DNA of 63,274 nt, the filler included, from Rhizaria sp. SCN 62-66 (taxonomy: Eukaryota), in assembly GCA_001724265.1 (NCBI GenBank). It is 8 parts of 8 records of this genome, joined end to end, with 100 filler letters (N's around TTAATTAATTAA, not from the genome) between each part and the next. Parts side by side here need not be neighbours in the genome. Positions count along the whole stretch, not along the records: positions 54,293 to 63,274 come from MEDY01000612.1; 7 more parts are not named here. One strand, written 5' to 3'. Under the pieces are notes generated by a model. It worked only from the letters and a program-made list of their open reading frames with translations, did no database searches and had not been told where the DNA came from. Positions 61,415-63,274 of the stretch are shown here, piece after piece. Position numbers and translations under genes: made by a program. How positions within the stretch are numbered: the first letter of the stretch is position 1; the number at the start of each line of letters is the position of its first letter.

Positions 61415-63102
61415 ATGGCATCCCTACAGGTGCTTCAAAAGTATGCCCCATCAAGCGTGGTTAAGGCTGGTTCAACAGACCGCGTCATTAAGACGTTTAC
61501 GTGCGCTCTTGATGATGGAATGCGCTCGTTTGACTCAAAAGTCGGTTACAATTTCGGAACACTTTATGACAAGAAGTTTGGTGTCGAGTTGGACACTCTG
61601 TGTCTCAGCCGTCCTCTCCTTCTTCCTAGCCAATATGGACAGCCCAAGTGCCTGGTTGGAACGGACAATCCTATCGGCGCTACGTCGGACACTTCATCAC
61701 TGTCTCGCAACTTTGTTGCATGCATTTCGACTAACACTCGTTGTCGTAACCCAATCCTTGCGATTGCCCCGACAGAGGAGGTCCGTTTCTATGCATCTCT
61801 TTCGAACACATCATTTCAGACCCTGTCGCACAACACTTGCTCGGCGTGAAAACACTCATCTGACAAACACCAATCCTCAAACCCCATCACACCTAATTTA
61901 GCACGTCCGCGCGATGGAATATATTGCCGGAGGAACTGCGGTCATCGGACTCGGTAACGGAAAGCTTCAGGTCTGCTACATTCACGAGAACGACATCGAC
62001 GTCACACTAACATTTGATGGTACGAACTATCTTATCGAAAAGCTGCTGCATGTTTCTGACGACCAATTTATCACCTAACCTAGATCTGTTGATTATGGCT
62101 TGTTTTGTCTTTATGTGTGTTTCTTTTAAGACGCCATTACCATCCACCAGTGTGACAATGGCTCTGTTGCGCCGGTGACTCAGATGACCATTAACCCGTT
62201 CGACAACACAGCTATCGCTTCGTGTGCAGACGACAACAAGCTTGTTCTGATGGACATCTCATGTGGGCTCACCGCGGACTGTGTGACTAATCGTGTTGAC
62301 CAAGACGCATCTCTCGCCTCGGTAAAGTGGGACAAGTACAACGGTGCGTAGCCATGCTGTAATTCACCAGTTAGTCATGCTAATGTTACTAAGCTATGAA
62401 CTATGCTGTCATTCCACCAATTGACCATGCCTATCAATTTAATTTAGGAATCTCAATCCCTGCGCTTCTTACGCAATGATTTTTGATTTTGTTTAGGCGA
62501 TATTCTTCACACCATCTGGGGCACTGATGACCCAAGCTCGCTGATGGTCCTTGACTGTCGCATCGGAATCGAGCGCTCGGACGCAGTCTTTATGTATCAT
62601 TCTGGACGTAAGTATCTTTACGCAATGCAGCAGTACAGCGAGCATGGCGTGCTTCTTGGGTTTGAGGGTGGCGAGATTCGGCACGTCGATCTGCGCATGC
62701 ACAACACAGCAACGCACATCTTCCAAGACCCATTTGTCCCTGCAATCAGCGCCATCGATTTCTCGCCATCTGGCAACGCGTTTACCGTTTCGGGCATGAC
62801 AGAGTACGTGGTATCAACATGTATCCCAAATCGGTATTATACCAATATCTAATTATTGCTGTGCACCTAACCCAGCCCATCGCTCATCGTATCCTTGTCG
62901 TAACGTACCGCACTTTTATAGCTTTTCGATCTGGTACCTCGAGGAAGACGGAGGAGCGGTTGTAGTCGGTCACTCTGGCGCTACTATGAACCCTCGCCAT
63001 AATGAAAACGGATTTAATATGAATGCTCTGTTTTCGAGCGACAATACGATCCTGTCGACCGATGGCAAAGGCAATGTTTTTACATACAAGTCCGACGAGT
63101 AA
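61415..63102 (+). CDS. Divergent WD40-like beta-propeller protein; exons 61415-61780, 61902-62019, 62131-62343, 62497-62803, 62922-63102
   Basis: Four GT-AG introns keep one frame. INPFDNTAIASCADDNKLVLMD, GFEGGEIRHVDLR, ISAIDFSPSGNAF, STDGKGNVFTY; ends TAA. Confidence 0.78.
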
Positions 63103-63274
63103 GCAAGCGAGAAGCTGCCAGGCGAGGAGAATTTAGTGAACAAAGATAACAGCGACACACACGGGGACAAAAAAAATCAGTGCCATCGACCTCCGGAACA
63201 CTACGACAGCGATGTACACAGTGTACGATCCGTTTGTCCAGGCTGTTTCCCACATTGCTTTTAACGATGACAAT

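Overview
Eukaryotic (protist-like) genomic DNA from a fragmented assembly. Eight unrelated contigs of roughly 7-11 kb are joined by artificial 100-nt spacers (N44-TTAATTAATTAA-N44), so neighbourhood across spacers means nothing. Genes have GC-rich, Ala-rich exons and 110-250 nt GT-AG introns with a strong GTACGT donor. Recognisable genes: RPL27A (3' end), CSN6-like, VPS50/syndetin, INO1, a zeta-crystallin-type quinone oxidoreductase, RPL28, a cathepsin L-like protease, an Akirin homologue, an ADCK2/UbiB kinase, B-box and WD40 proteins, several large secreted or surface proteins (Vps62 domain plus long charged helix, Sushi/CCP array, GPI-anchored Cys-motif protein), tRNA-Leu(AAG), tRNA-Asp(GTC), an aberrant tRNA-like gene, a GT7 pseudogene, and Tc1/IS630 and Copia relics. 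The top lead is a 1,868-codon frame (48589-54192) interrupted only by three in-frame TAG codons, while none of 11 well-defined gene ends uses TAG. This suggests UAG is read as an amino acid, but splice-acceptor and pseudogene explanations are not excluded. All calls are from reading by eye; no searches were run.
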